A DNA stretch of 60,124 nucleotides, filler included, from Bipalium vagum (lineage: Eukaryota), in NCBI GenBank assembly GCA_037834085.1. It is 3 parts of 3 records of this genome, joined end to end, with 100 filler letters (N's around TTAATTAATTAA, not from the genome) between each part and the next. Parts side by side here need not be neighbours in the genome. Positions count along the whole stretch, not along the records: positions 1 to 20,511 come from JBBMKC010251555.1; 2 more parts are not named here. One strand, written 5' to 3'. Positions 1 to 13,967 of this stretch are shown here, in pieces. The position numbers and the translations under genes were made by a program. The notes under the pieces were generated by a model, which worked only from the letters and a program-made list of their open reading frames with translations, did no database searches and was not told the DNA's origin. The number at the start of each line of letters is the position of its first letter. Within the stretch, counting starts at the first letter, position 1.

Positions 1-838
1 TATTAAAAATGAAGATCAATATTGTTTTATTTGGTCTATCTTAGCTTCAATGTTTCCAGTTGAAAGAAATGCAGAATTCCCACATAATTATTATCAATAT
101 ATTCAAAATTTAAATTTAGAAAATATTTCATTTTCAATAAACTTAAATGATAAAAAAATTCAATAAACAAAATCATACTGTAAAAGTAAATGTTTTTGAA
201 ATAAATAAATTAATGAAAATAAAACAAATTCATATTGAACACTTACATTGTAAACTGACTACAATTGAAGATGAAAATAAAAATTTAATTCATTATACAA
301 ATTTATTCTTTTATTCAAAACCTGGGGAAAAAGTTGATTGTAACCATTTAGTTTTATGTAAAGATGTTTAAATGTTTTTACAGAATTCTGAGAGAAATAA
401 AAATTTTCCTTATTTAAATTGATTATGTTCTTTTAGAACTTTTAATGAATTAGAAAAACATTATAATTTAGATTTTACAGAACATGAGCCAGTGAAAATA
501 CTTTTCATCATAAAAAAATTTAGAATTTGATAAATTTCATTTTAAAAATAAAGTTCCTTTTTCAATCTATGTAGACTTTGAAGTTTATAATATTTCTGGT
601 GAAAAAAAGTATGCAACTAAGGAAAAATTAAAAATTTTAAAAAATGAATATTTTTCTGGAAAACTGTTTAAACAAGACATCATGTGTTTTGGAATTTATA
701 TAAAATCAAAATATAAACATCTATTTCAATCGAATTATATTTAATTTTTTGGGGAATTTGCAGCAATAAAATTTTTTGATTATCTTGAACAATTAAATAA
801 AACATTTGAAGAAATATTAAGAACAAATTTTGATGTGT
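1..838 (+). mobile_element. Polinton/Maverick (adintovirus-type) protein-primed DNA polymerase B, degraded N-terminal fragment
   Basis: Manual translation: IKNEDQYCFIWSILASMFP (from nt 2) and KFHFKNKVPFSIYVDFE (532-582) match recalled pPolB motifs INIKN-D--CF-WS and PF-IYADFE. Stops and frameshifts lie between them. Confidence 0.8.
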
Positions 839-941
839 AATGTAACCTGTTAAACTTGGACACCTTGATTATCTGAACACCTCTCTAATTTGAACTTTTC
901 AGCAAGGACACCATGGTGTTCAATTTAAGCAGGTTTCACTG
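838..941. mobile_element. ~104-bp pogo/Tigger-type MITE
   Basis: Ends GCAGGTTTCACTG followed by TA. Near-identical reverse complement of 2877-2979. Confidence 0.85.
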
Positions 942-944
942 TAA

Positions 945-2870
945 TTAGAATTTTAGATTCTTTAAGAATCTTTTCAAATATTCATATTAAAACTATGAGA
1001 GAAACTTAATTGAAATCTAATAAATATGAAATTTTTAAACCAAATGAATTAAAACCTAACAAATCATCTTATCCTTATATATGTATCTTAAAACTAAAAC
1101 TGTATGAATTATATCTTTTATATCATTTGAATATTTTGTTACAAATTGCTTAAAAAGTGAAAATCATATCCAGATCAATTATGAAAATAAAATCATTTAT
1201 ATTGTATTTATTTTGAGAAACACATCTATATTTTCTATTTAAATGATTATGGTCTTTAACTTTTTCTGATTTTGATTCAATTATTTTATTATAATAAATA
1301 CAATTATCTGGATTATTAAGATCAACTTCATCTTTTCAGTCATTATAATCGAATGGTTTGTATTGTTTATGAGATAGGTTAATATTTCATAATCATTATT
1401 TTAGAATGTTATAAAATTGTTTATTGTATTTTGTCCAAAAAAATTTACAATAATGGGATTTAATTAATTATGGAAAATCAATTTTTAAAAATATTTCTAT
1501 ATTAATAAAGGTTTTTGATTTATAATTGACTCCTCCTCATATAAATTCCAAAATTCAAAATCACCATATAATACATATGGAATTTTATTTTTAAATATTA
1601 ATTATTAAATTGACAATACTAAATTGACAATTACTAACTCAACATTTTATTTAATAAAATATTTTTTTTATACCTTCGATTTTAGTGAAATTTTAGACAC
1701 ATCTCCCCAGAATGAACAACTGTCTACATTGAACATTTTTTGTCCGACCAAGGGTGTTCAATCTAACCAGGTTTCACTACTCATGTTATAAAATGTAGTC
1801 TTTAATTCTTTAATTTCTTGACAAATTCTTGTATGTTCATCTAATACATTTTCTGAATGATAAGAATTAAAAAATTTTAAACAGAGATATTTTATTATAT
1901 GAAAAGATGATCATATTCCTACATAAAATAGGAATTCTATAATAAAAAATTATATTTGGTTGAACTTCGATATCACTGCAAGTCTTTTCTAAAGGTTAAT
2001 CTAATATTTATAAATTTAATATATATCTTATATTACAATTTTTTTAGATTCCAGACTTACAGAGTGATTTTTGTAATTAGCGGAGCGTTTTATGAGAGCA
2101 CAGCGACCTTAATAGCGACCAATTTCGTTAAATAGTATATATAGTATATAGTTACAAAAAGTAAAGACAGAAAATAATATTACTGAAATTAAATGAGTCA
2201 ATTCAAACAAAAATAACATGCTGCAGCTATTTCGAATGAGATCTTTACATTTTCATTCTATTTGATTAACCTTGCCACTAAAATTTTCTCTTTGCAATGG
2301 TAATAGAAACTTCATCAAATTCGATTTCATCTCATGAGTCTTTTTTCATTAATTTAAAAAAAATTTAGTGAAATATTTTTTATTTAATAAATTTTCTTAA
2401 TATCAGTTATTTACAGTGGAAAATTAATATTTGTTAAATTTAATTCATTTATATATTTTTTTATAATTCTAAACTCTGTCAAAATGATTTTTTGTTGGAT
2501 ATAAATATACTCATACTATAAACAAAACGTTTATAATCATTATTTTTAATATTTATTAAACGGTTGTGATTTGAATAATAATTTTATTTATGATGATCCT
2601 TCTAAACTTTGATATTTAAATAAACATAATTATAATGATGTTATTTTGTCATATTTTCATCCAGATTTTTTATTTTTCTTCAATAAGAGTCTTGTTTTTT
2701 AAAGTGAAATGAAACTGTAATATATATATATATATATGATATTCTTTTATTATTTTTTCTGCCTGTGAATAAAATTGATTTATTAATATTTCACTTTCAT
2801 TTGTTTCTGAATTAATTTTAATGGGGTGAAAAAAATTTAAATTTAATAAGAATTTTATAACTAAATTTAT
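945..2870 (-). mobile_element. Second degraded Polinton DNA polymerase B copy
   Basis: Collinear minus-strand motifs: KYQSLEGSS and LINIKNNDYKRFVYS (~2620-2515); Zn-finger-like CLKFFNSYHSENVLDEHTRIC (~1885-1820); FKNKIPYVLYGDFE (~1595-1554); FHN*SGYDFHFL (~1186-1151). Boundaries approximate. Confidence 0.8.
1683..1779. mobile_element. Diverged MITE related to 838-941 and 2877-2979
   Basis: Ends TAGTGAAA ... CAGGTTTCACTA, with an internal GGTGTTCAAT motif shared with the other copies. Confidence 0.6.
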
Positions 2871-2876
2871 TATTTA

Positions 2877-2979
2877 CAGTGAAACCTGCTTAAATTGAAC
2901 ACCATAGTGTCCTTGCTGAAAAGTTTAAATTAGAGAGGTGTTCAGCTAACAAAGGTGTTAATTTATGCAGGTTTCACTG
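2877..2979. mobile_element. ~103-bp pogo/Tigger-type MITE
   Basis: Perfect 13-bp TIR CAGTGAAACCTGC ... GCAGGTTTCACTG; TA on the left flank. Confidence 0.9.
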
Positions 2980-3202
2980 TTTATATTTAAAAAAATATTT
3001 AATTTGGTCTATTGATTCATTTTGAAAATTAAAAATATTTTTATTATTAATATCATTTGAATATTTTTAAATAATTCAAGTTTGCTTAATTTGAAATTTT
3101 GAAAATTATAATTATATTTTTAAATGTTATCTCCAAAATTTAAAATTCATTTAAATTTAAATACATTTAAAAATACATAAATAAATAAATTTCATTTATG
3201 TA

Positions 3203-4490
3203 CATGGTGTGAAAAAAAAATTCTTAGATTTTTACATAAATAAAACGCTACTGAAACGAAACTTTGTATTTAGGACAAGTAAATTACATGAGTAAGTGAA
3301 CTTAATTCATTTTCTGTATAACCATCTTCTGCTTCCAGGCAGTTTATCCATCAATTTATCACAAAAAAGATTCCATTTTCAAAGAAAGTAGTAGGCTTTT
3401 CATTGAAAAAATCTTGAACTATTCGTATGAGATCATCTTTAGACTCAGTTCTCTGACCCAGCAGATGCTTCTTTAAGTGATGAAACAAGAAAAAATCATT
3501 GGAAGCCAAATCAGGACTATAAGGTGAGTGTGAAATAAAAAAGCCTTTTCCCTGTATGACATCAGCAGTTCGGTTAGCTGTATGAATTGAAGTAGTATCC
3601 AGGAAGAGAAATAGATTTTTATTCTTTGACTTCCGTCGCAGCTCTCTCAGATCACTAATCAGTGCACAGTAGTAGTGAGAATCTATGTTTCCTTGGACAA
3701 AGTTAATTTTGATCACAATTTTTGCATCCCAGAATATACTGAGATACAGACATTTCCGGTGAGATGTCCCTGAAAAAATCATGTTTGGTGCCTTTTCCTC
3801 AGAAAATATTCATTCATGAGACTCACATCTACTGTATGGAATAAAAAGATTCAATTGAATCTTGTCCTCTGTTGCAATATTCTTCAAAAAAATTTGTCAA
3901 AGAGAATGAGAAGGTCCAGATTTTCATGACATGCTTTCATTCGCTTTTGTCGAATCTCAACTGTCAAAAATCGTGGGACGAAACTGCTTCATAATTATCT
4001 GACTACAATACTCTAGCACGTTCTGCACAGTCTTCGTGCTTAAATTAAGTTTAGTTGAAAGTTCTCTCTGGGTAATTCGCCTCTATTCTTGACGATTATC
4101 TTCAATTTTTCTAATTTTTGTTCCCGAATTTCTGTAGGCTGTCCACTTTTTTCTTCGTCAAACACATTGTTCCTGCCACAAGAGAACTCTCTGATCCAAT
4201 TGTATATAGTTGCCTTGTATGGTGTTTTATTTCCATATGCTTCCACCTGTTGAGAAATAAAATCCTTCTTTTCTGTCTTCTTCAATAGCAAACACCACAT
4301 GACGCTTTGTAATTCCGATTGATGATACTTTTTTTCAAAACAAGTCGTATCTAATGTCAACAAAAGCTCACCTCTTAAAACAAATATAATAATACTTACT
4401 TATATATATTAATTTATTTATTTTTAAAATTTCATGAAATTCCTAATTATATTTCTATACTAGTCTAAGGACTTTTTATCTACACAACAT
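3203..4490 (-). mobile_element. Degenerate mariner element (frameshifted transposase)
   Basis: ORF 4040-4363 has the HTH (TIYNWIREFSCGRNNVFDEEKSGQP). ORF 3351-3782 has HSPYSPDLASNDFFLFHHLKKHL. Imperfect TIRs at ~3203 and ~4464-4490. Confidence 0.85.
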
Positions 4491-4730
4491 ATATATTGAA
4501 TCATATCCATGCAGTTCACTAAAAATATTATTGTTTATTTTATTAAAATTTTTAAAATGATATTTAGATTTCAAATGAGAAATTAACCCTGTTTTAGTTT
4601 TAAAGATTTTTACAAAAACATTACAAAATAAATCCTCTTTGGTTTTGGTCATTTTCATAATCATAAAATGTTTATTACATAAAGGTAATTGAATTTCTAA
4701 ATTTAAAAACCATCTATCATATTTACACAC
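4491..4730 (-). mobile_element. Zinc-finger fragment, possibly the upstream part of the minus-strand Polinton polB region
   Basis: CNVFVKIFKTKTGLISHLKSKYH is a decayed C2H2/U1-like finger. Same strand as, and upstream of, 945-2870, separated from it by the mariner. Confidence 0.4.
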
Positions 4731-6443
4731 CAGTTAATTAAAATTATATTTTATTATTAATTTTTAAATTTAATTTTAGGGTTGGAGTTATTGTAATTTT
4801 AATTAATTATCCTAACTAAAATTTTTAATGAAAGTAATTTTAATTAATTTTTTGTTATTAAATTAATTAAAATGATAAATTTGTTCATTAGCTTCATTGA
4901 AATTTTAAAAATTGCATTTTTAATTTCTTGGTGTTGGTTACATTATGATTTTAAAATTGTAAAAATTAAAAAATATAAAAAATAGACTAGTGATGTTGGT
5001 CTTAACACCACTTTATCAATAATAAGCAAAAGTTTAATTGATTTGACACCTGATAATCTGGTTTGAGTAACATGAAATTGAAATGTTGATTTGATTTTGT
5101 TCTTGGTTCTGACAATAATTTGATATTCACTGCCTGACTTTAACAAATTAAATTTTGATTTGAGATTGATAAATAATTATCTTGGGTCTAAGAAAAATTT
5201 ATTAACGATTAAGAGTGATGGGAGTGTCGGTTGAAATTGAGCTGTGAAGAGTCGAACAAAATACGGGTGATCTCAAAGAGTAACTAATTTAAGGGGTATG
5301 CAATACTAGAGTTTTCAAAGCATTTTGTTCATTTCAATCACATTGATTAGAGGATTATCAATTAAATATTTTCTAGAATATGAATTTTTTGAGTTTTAAT
5401 GTTTCTTATAACCTTTTTTCTTATAATTTAATTTTGAAAATACTTCAACTTTCTTTTTGTTCAAAATTTATAAAAAAAACTGTTAAGAGAAAGAATAAAT
5501 ACACTAATATAAATTCTCTGATTTCGAAACAGCCTTTTTAATTCATTTTTAAAAGTTTACTAGACTTTAATTCTGCCTTAGGCAAATTTTACCAAACCCT
5601 TATTATTATTTTTATATATTTTTATATATTATTAATATTATAATTTTTATTATTATTATCATTATTTTTGAATTTTCTAAAAATTAATATTATATTCGGT
5701 AAAAAGTTCACTGTGTAATATCAGTCTTGATAAAGTTTTCTCTGAAATTCAATTAATATTTTTTATATTATTAAATATCTTTCTTATTTTAAATTTTATT
5801 CTACTATAATTAGCTTACAGGAATTAATAATATTATTAAAGGCGGTAAAACTATTGTATATAACATAACATAAATAAAGCTTAAAAATAAATTAATAATG
5901 TAAAGAAATAATTAGAAAATTTTCAAAGGATTTTTCGGTTATCTTTAATTTTTCTGAAGTTTTTGAAAGTACTAACCTTGAATAAATGAAACACGCTCCA
6001 ACAATATCAGAAGTGACAAGAAGTACGAAATTCAAATGTGGAGTGTCACTTTCAACAAGATTTTATTGTTCTTTATACTTTTATTCGTAACCCTTGCCTA
6101 ACTTCTATTGTTTGTAGCTTGGTATATTATATAATTGCAACACTCACCGTTAATATTGATTTTCATAACAATATATCTTCAATCAAAGGGTTTTCAAAAG
6201 CTTACGTCAAATGGTACATACAAATTATTCAAGCTTAAGAACTCAATATAGTTACTTAGCTACACTAATATTTATATGTTAATATACCAAATACTATTTT
6301 TGGTATTTAGCAAGATTGACTTTATAATAAAGTTGTTTTTATTTATTTAATTAACAAAAGAAAACTTGAAATGGTGATGCACCAAGATCAAAAAGCTCTA
6401 CCCGACATCTGTTAAGCTTTATCTGGAGCGGAATAATTGTGAA

Positions 6444-7604
6444 ATGTCATCATCTATAACTTGGAATTCCTTGTGGATAAGCACATTCAGAAATAAAAAT
6501 AAAAACTTTCAAAATGAATATTACCGAGATCTGATGCAGAATGATATTCTCGATTTCGAGTCTCTGATGAAACAGTCCTTGCTGAAAAGGTCAAACAGTA
6601 AGATTTCCCAGAGTCCAAATAATATTCTCAACCAAGATTTTCCTGAACCAGAAATCTCAAAACAATCCGTTTCAAAAGAAAATAGTTCCAATGAAACTTA
6701 TTTAAGTAGAGGTTTTCCAGCAAACTCATCCTCCAGCCAGTCATCTATTCCTTTTTATACCTCAGATATGAACAAAACAAATAAATACGATGAGCTACCT
6801 ATTAAAAGAGATAGTCAAAACCCTATGTTTATGGATAGTAAAAATAGTATGGATATAAGTAAATCCTCTGTATTTGAAGGTCAAAATAACAATGTCAAAT
6901 CTCTTACTAGGAACAATCATCAAATGTCAAATGCTTTTCCCTATAAAGACAAAGATAAAATGAATTATGTGTCAAAACCTCATTCTTTTGCGGAAGTAAA
7001 TTCAACAAAAGGACCAATGAACAATAGGCGTAGTCCAATAAACAACGTTGAAGACAGAAGCGATTTCACTGATGGGATAATAGAGCCCGAGATATGTCCT
7101 GTTAATAAGCAATCTCAGAAAAGTTCGTTCTCTCAATATAATAGTTATGCAAATGGAGTTAAGTCCAGACCATACTCTAAAGGCGATTCTCTGATGGATA
7201 TTTATCAGAAACCCGTGAGTAAATACAGTTATCAATATTTCACCGAGTTCGTTGAGAAGAGTGAAACTGGAAGAGAACAGAATCATAATAATTTCAATTA
7301 TACGCAAACTAAGTCGATGTCGTCTGTTGATAAAGAAACGAATGTTAAACCTCACGACATAAAGTTTGCTTATAATTTAATGGATTATGATGTGAAGAAG
7401 ACATATGTTGATTCAAGAACCAGTCCAGGCATTCATGAGAAGGACTCAAAGAGTATTAGACAATGTCATTGTCGGCTTGGTGAGGTCCCTAATTCTCATT
7501 TATGGCCTCATTTGGATAAAGACTTTGAGAACAGACCTTTCATTTCCGATGTTGTAAATTCACAATTTTTCAACCATAATATTCCAAGACAGACTTACGA
7601 ACAA
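6444..7604 (+). CDS. Large coding exon of an unidentified Ser/Asn/Lys-rich, probably disordered protein
   Basis: 400-codon ORF with elevated GC. Phase-0 donor CAA|GTAATT at 7604/7605. The frame stays open upstream to a possible acceptor at 6386/6387 (adding IKKLYPTSVKLYLERNNCE). Confidence 0.75.
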
Positions 7605-10459
7605 GTAATTATCTATTCCACTACTAACCTGAAGCTAATTATTTAAATAATTTTTGTTTATGGACACTTTTCTTGATCTTCTAAATAAACACCTTAAACA
7701 AATTTAAGGTTTATTATCATTTAATTATTTTTATATTATTTATTTTATAATTATATTTTTATTTATTTATTATTTTTATTTAAGTGTAAGAAGCTGATCA
7801 TTAATATTTTGCTAGAAATTTTTTACTTTTATTTATAATTTATTTAATATTTAAAAATTATAATTTTTACACTTGGCCATAAAATTATTAATAATTAAAT
7901 TAATATATTTTATTAAATGAAATGAAATGAAATAAATAAATAAAAATAAAATACTAAATATTACTATATTACTCTTGACATTTAGTGCCATTTTGTTCTG
8001 CTGTTCAATATTATTTGTATACAGAAGTAGTAAAATAAATTAACTTAAATAAAAAGATAAGTCAGGTTTTATTAAATTAATTTGAGAAAAACTAAATTTA
8101 AGATTTTATTTCTTTCTACAAAAAATGCATAAAAAACGGAATTTTATATATATCAACATTATGGGTCTGAGGTTTTGATATTTTACAAATCTGTGAGTAA
8201 AATATTTAAATTTAAATTCTTAAAATTTTTAATTCAAATTTTATTCAAATACAATTACCTCATTCTGTGCCTCTTCAAATATTAAATTGAGCACCACATA
8301 TGCGCCTTTCATCGGGATATGTTAATGTCAAGTTTTGTTGCTTCGGATGCCGATAAAATAGCTGATAATATGATGATCGACCACAACAATGCCGACGACA
8401 ATGAAGACAATGTTCATTTAGAATGAATTCAGCATTTTGATTTTTTTATTTCTATTAATTAATTAATACACGTATTTTGGAGCTTAAATATGATGGCTTA
8501 TCATTTTGTTTATTTCTAGGTAGAATTTCAATTTGAATGTTCAGTAAAAAAATTGAAAAATATAACTTAATAAAATGTTTTATTAATTTACACTGTTTAT
8601 AAAAAACAAAGGTTTGAGAGATAATTTCATCTGAAAAGAATTATAAAAGTAAATCAGGTAAATAATAAAACAGAGAACATATTAAGATAATAAAAATAGT
8701 AAAATACAAAAATTAGATTTTAAAAATGAATTAAATTAAATTAATATAAATTTAATAATATTCTATTAAAATAAAACGTATTACGGAAATTTTATATTTT
8801 ATTAATTATTAGATGCCCCGAAAAAAGCTTGAGATTTTGAAAGTAATATTTTAACTACACTTATTTGATATTAAATTAGTTGCTTATAAATAAAATTATA
8901 TTTAATTATTTAATTATATTTAATTAATAATCGATTTTTTTAAAAATAATGTCGTTTCTAGATACCTAAGATTTAAAGAAATTCATGGAAAAATTGCTAG
9001 AGTAAGACTAAATGCAATACAGAGTTCTTTTTTTACATATGTAGGTAAAGAGAAATTGAGTCAAATTTTAAAGAAAATAAACCAAAATAGTTTTATTTTA
9101 TTTTTAAAAACAATATAAATTATAAATACAGATATTTCCTATATATAATAAAAATAATAAAATACAAATAATAATAAAAGAATAATTAAATTTCTTGCCA
9201 TCTTTTCGTACTTAAATGAAAGTTGAAAACACTAATTTTTAAATATTATAAATTAATTATTATATTGAAATTAAATGTTTAACGTCTTATCATAAAATTT
9301 TCTCAAATTCTGATTGTTTTATTATCGCAATTATGTTACGATAAAATCGTAAATGGATCATAATGAATAGTACATCATAAATAAATATAAATAAAAATGG
9401 TTTAAGTAATTGGAGGTCGCTAGGTATTAAAATACCTATGAAATGTTAATAATAAATCTTAATTGCCAAACATTAAAAAATAAGATAAGACTGAGAATGA
9501 AGTGGTTCATCAGTATGAATACACCCACATAAGTTAGATAATTATGCTTTAAGATTTATATTTTAGACATGATTTTCATAGGCCAACCATACAACTATGG
9601 ACCATTTAATCTACTTATAACATTATTTCAAGATGAGCCGAGAAAAACAATGTTTAATACAAAAAAAATTGTACAATGCAAATATATCTCTATGTTCAAC
9701 ACAGGTTCATTAGTTAAAGAATTTTGTATATTCAGATGGCTTTACTTAATTAACGTTAAATAAATCTGATTTTGTACTCTATTTGGAAATGAAAACCAAT
9801 ATTTTTGGAATAAATCATGAAATATATTTTTTTCAAAAGATATTTGATGTAGAAATATAATTCAAGCCTTTTTAAAGTAGAAAAAAAATAGGCTAAAGTT
9901 TTGTTTAAAACATTCTTTTATTGGTTTCGAAAGACCTTCACCAATCAACGATTTTTTTCCTCCGAAAGTAGAAATCAGATTCTACCGAAGCAATCTAGTT
10001 GTCTTTTAAATTTAAAGGTATTCATCAGAGCTGAATCGCTCTCCAGAGCATGATGATTGCATCTAGCCGAACAAGTGATAATTCAAGAAATAATGTTTTC
10101 TGAATCGGACTGTCATCCCCAGACATGCATATAAAAATTATATTTTTTTAAAATTTTTTTCATTTCTTTTTTTAAAATACAAGATTTTTTTCCTACTTAT
10201 AAATAAAAAAGAAAGAAATTTAATAATAATTTTTCTTTGTCACTTTTTTATCACTATTTTTTTAAAAATGTTATTTGCTTAAATATGATTCCCTTTATTA
10301 TTTTTCGAAGCATATTCTTCTCAAAATTCGCAATGCCTTTTTTCAGCAATTTGTTAAGTTTTTCAAAAATTAAATCTTATTGAAAGTTGGAATAACAAAA
10401 TAATAATAATAATATTATTATTAACATTAATAATAAAAACTAAAAATTATTTCATTTTT

Positions 10460-11147
10460 AAAGCAGCATTAGGTTTAGGTCTGGATTAGGAGCAATTTAG
10501 TTATTTCCCTTTTACACGAACGACAGGAAGGGAAATTAATTTTTGTTTAACCCAGCGTAGGGCTTTAGAGTTACTTAAATCCCGAAATATGGTTAATTGA
10601 GTTCGCCAACACAGGGATTTAAGAATGATTATGTCTTAATGGATAAAATTTTTTTTTCTCTCTCGTACCCATCAGGCAACGGCGGGAGCCAATAAGCTCC
10701 AGTTCAAGCAACGGACCCCCTGAATGGCCACCTGAACTATAAAATTAGCTTCTGGGACTGGAGAGAGAAGGCAATAGACAATAGAAATAATATTTCTATT
10801 AATTTTCGAGAGATGAACAGAAATCTCTTGACGAAGATTTTCCAATAATATTGATTTTAAAAAGTTGACAATAATATTTATACGATTCTTATTTATACGA
10901 GTAATATTAATTCTTTTGAAATTTTGAGGAGCATTGATGCGCCTTTAAGAGATAAGTGAAGCGTTCGGAATTAACGATTAGTGGTATTAGCCTCTATATC
11001 CTATTATATTTTGTATTATTTAATTAAATATAATGATTAAATACTTATTTCATTGATTTCGTGTTTGTTGATTTATTAAAGTTTTTTAAAGTTTCGAATT
11101 GTTTTATTGTGTTGCGAGCTCCACTATTAGATTTTGGAATCATAATT
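10460..11147 (+). mobile_element. Solo-LTR-like repeat
   Basis: GC-richer non-coding block with CCAAT (~10689) and CTATAAAA (~10736). Its 3' GAGCTCCAC ... GGAATCATAA resembles the ends at 19538 and 45062. Boundaries approximate. Confidence 0.4.
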
Positions 11148-11248
11148 ACTTACTTGGTTAATATTAAAATATGCCGAAAAACAAGCATTGAAATAATTGA
11201 TACATTTTTTTAATCTATCATCAGAAAAAAATAAATGTCTGGTGAATA

Positions 11249-12474
11249 ACGGGTGGCCAATAAAGAATAATAATTCTTTGAATGATGTTTGACATAGATA
11301 GCATAATGTTAAATTAACTCAATTAAAAGTATTTAATAAAGAATAAAACCAAAATTTATTTAATTAAAACAGTTTATTATTAAACCTCCTTTGTGTCTGT
11401 CTATGGCCAAAACTCTTTGTCGAAAGGAGTCGACGGCTTGGCGAATCTCATTAAATGGAATTTCTGCAATTGTTTCTTTAATTTTTTCATTCAGTTTTGT
11501 ACGATTTTCAAAGTTTTTTGTTTTCAGTCTCTTTGATACTTCATCCCAAAAGAAATAATCTAGAGGACTAAGATCTGGTGAATTTGGTGGCCAATGATTT
11601 GGAGCTATTATTGAAATACCAGTCTTTTTGAATGCCGCAGTCGTTTCTGCTTCTGTGACAACTAGCACCATCCTGCTGATATATGAAATCGCTTCCAATG
11701 AGCTCCCTTCTATATTTTGCAACGATTGGAAGTACATTTGATATATAAAATCTTGTATCAAAAGATGTTTTTGTTGGTAAGAATACAGGTTTCGTCGGAC
11801 CCTGAAAGTCCTTTTAAATTTGCATCTTTTCTAGACACAGCATAAATGACGTCGTTGTGTGGATAACCTGACCATCTGCATCAAAAGATTTTTCATCTCT
11901 AAACATAATTTTGTTCACTGCCTGTTTACTAAATCTTTTTCTTAACCAACATGAGCACATCTTTCGTCTATTGATTTGGGACTCAGATATATAGGGAACT
12001 TTTATTTTCTTGTAGCACTTAAATCCCAAGTCATTATGTATAATATTTCCAAATCTAAAGCTAACTTTCTAGCTGAATTTTTTTGTTTGTTGTAAGGTTT
12101 CTGTTAGTTTTTTTGATAAATGTTTTTGTTCTTACTGTTCTTGGACTTCCAGGGCAATTTCGAGCAAGTAATGATTTTCCCTCTTTTATAAGTTTAGTCC
12201 ATCTATAAATAGTGGACTTTGGTACCGTTTTTGCTACAGCTTCATAAATTTCTTCCGGTGTTTTCCCATTTTCATGATGGGTTTTTATCAAATTTCTTAC
12301 ACAGCTCTCATACGTCATTATCTAAAAGAAAATATTGCTAAAATAATGTATGTTTAGTTTGCAAGATATAAAAAACCTTGGCATAAATTAAATCAATTAA
12401 TAATTCAAATTTAAATTTTTTTAGTTTAAAAATAATGTATTCAAACAATTTATCATTCTTTATTGGCCACCCGT
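11249..12474 (-). mobile_element. Full-length maT (DD37D-like) Tc1/mariner element with frameshifted transposase
   Basis: Perfect 20-bp TIR ACGGGTGGCCAATAAAGAAT; TA on both flanks. Transposase pieces 12318-11360 carry IMFRDEK, YQQDGASCH and WPPNSPDLSPLDY (D-to-D spacing 36-37 depending on frameshift repair). Confidence 0.92.
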
Positions 12475-12887
12475 TAGGATTGTTTCCCCTTGAAATATTT
12501 CAACCAAGTTCTTCAAAAATCTATCTGACCATTTTTTTAAATTGAGTACTCAAACCACCATTCTGTTTACTGTTTTTCAATGGAGCTTTACTCATTATTC
12601 TCAATAACAATCAACATTGACAATCTGGCTGTTATAGAATTTCATGATACTTTAAACCACTTGATTAAACCAAAAACATAGTAACCTCTAGATTTTTAAA
12701 ATTTTTATTAATAATTAATAAATATAAGAAAAGCTTCACAAATACATTTTAGTTTTAATTATAGTTTGCTCCATCAACAAATCGTGTTTTTTATTAATAT
12801 TTTCCGTCGTCTTAGACAATTATAAATTTCTTGTTAACTAACTTGTAATATATGGCAGTGATTATGGAGTTTTTCTATCATTATTTA

Positions 12888-13967
12888 CAGGGAGACCTCG
12901 ATTTGCGTATGAAATAGTTTCTATATCGAAAAATTTAGCGTATTTTTTTGTTATTTGTTTTGATTTTCTTAATTTAATTGTTTTAAGGTTATATTTTAAA
13001 ATATTTTATATCTAGTGTAGAACAATTTCATTGAAACGGAAAGAAAAAATTCTCAAGCAATTCAATGGCGGATTTGGAGTAGCAGAAATATGTAAAATGT
13101 CAAATTACAGTTACAAAACTGTTGACAGTATTTGTAAGAGATAAATCTACAATCCAAATTGTGTTAAAAAATATATACACGTTAAAGCAAAAGGATGACA
13201 CTAAAATCCGTCCGAAATCAAAAACACTTTATTGAAAAATCAGAAAAAACGCAACCAGGACACAAAGCTTCAAAAGAAAGATTGATTTTATTAGGAGGCA
13301 ATGCAAGTGATGATTTAAAATTGAAGCCACTTTTAATCTATACACATAAAAACTAGAGAAAATTAAAAAATAATAATAAAGATAAATTTGGTGTTTATTG
13401 GAAAGCAAATAAAAATGCATGGATGACAGGTGCAATATTTGTTGATTGGATAAAAAAAGTCTAGTTAAGAATTAATGATTCATTCTGAAAAGTACAACAT
13501 TCGTTTCTCATTTTTAGTTCTACTTGATAATGCACCAACACATTCAAAACTAGAAACTCTAAATTCTTTATATGATGGCATCACGTTTCAATTTCTCCCA
13601 TCAAATACAATCTCCACCATACAATCTATGGATCAGAGTGTAATAGCAACATTTAAAAGTTACTACCTAAAAAATCATATCAATCAATTTTAAGCCAAAA
13701 TTTTGATGTGGAAGCATCTAAACAATTGTGGTAAAAATATTCAGTGGTAAATGCAATTGATAATATAGTGAGTCGTGGAATAATATTTCTGTAAATTGCT
13801 TGAGAGTTATTTTTTATTATTTTTAAAGGTTTTATTAAAATATACTAATGTACCCACATTTGTCATTTTTAAAGGACTGGAACAGATTATTGTTTTGTAT
13901 TATTTTCTAATCTTTATTTGCGTAACTTTGTTGGAACGTATCTCTAACGCAAGTCGAGGTCCCCCTG
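12888..13967 (+). mobile_element. Internally deleted pogo/Tigger element
   Basis: TIRs CAGGGAGACCTCGATTTGCGT / ACGCAAGTCGAGGTCCCCCTG with TA flanks. DDE fragment VLLDNAPTH...FLPSNTISTIQSMDQSVIATFKSYY. Confidence 0.9.

Noticed and set aside
7002-7355. 117-aa minus-strand ORF
   Set aside because: Antisense shadow of the 400-codon plus-strand exon.
10050-10103. ATGATGA...CTGA resembling a C/D box snoRNA
   Set aside because: Short, with no convincing terminal stem or recognisable rRNA guide; such motifs are common by chance in AT-rich DNA.
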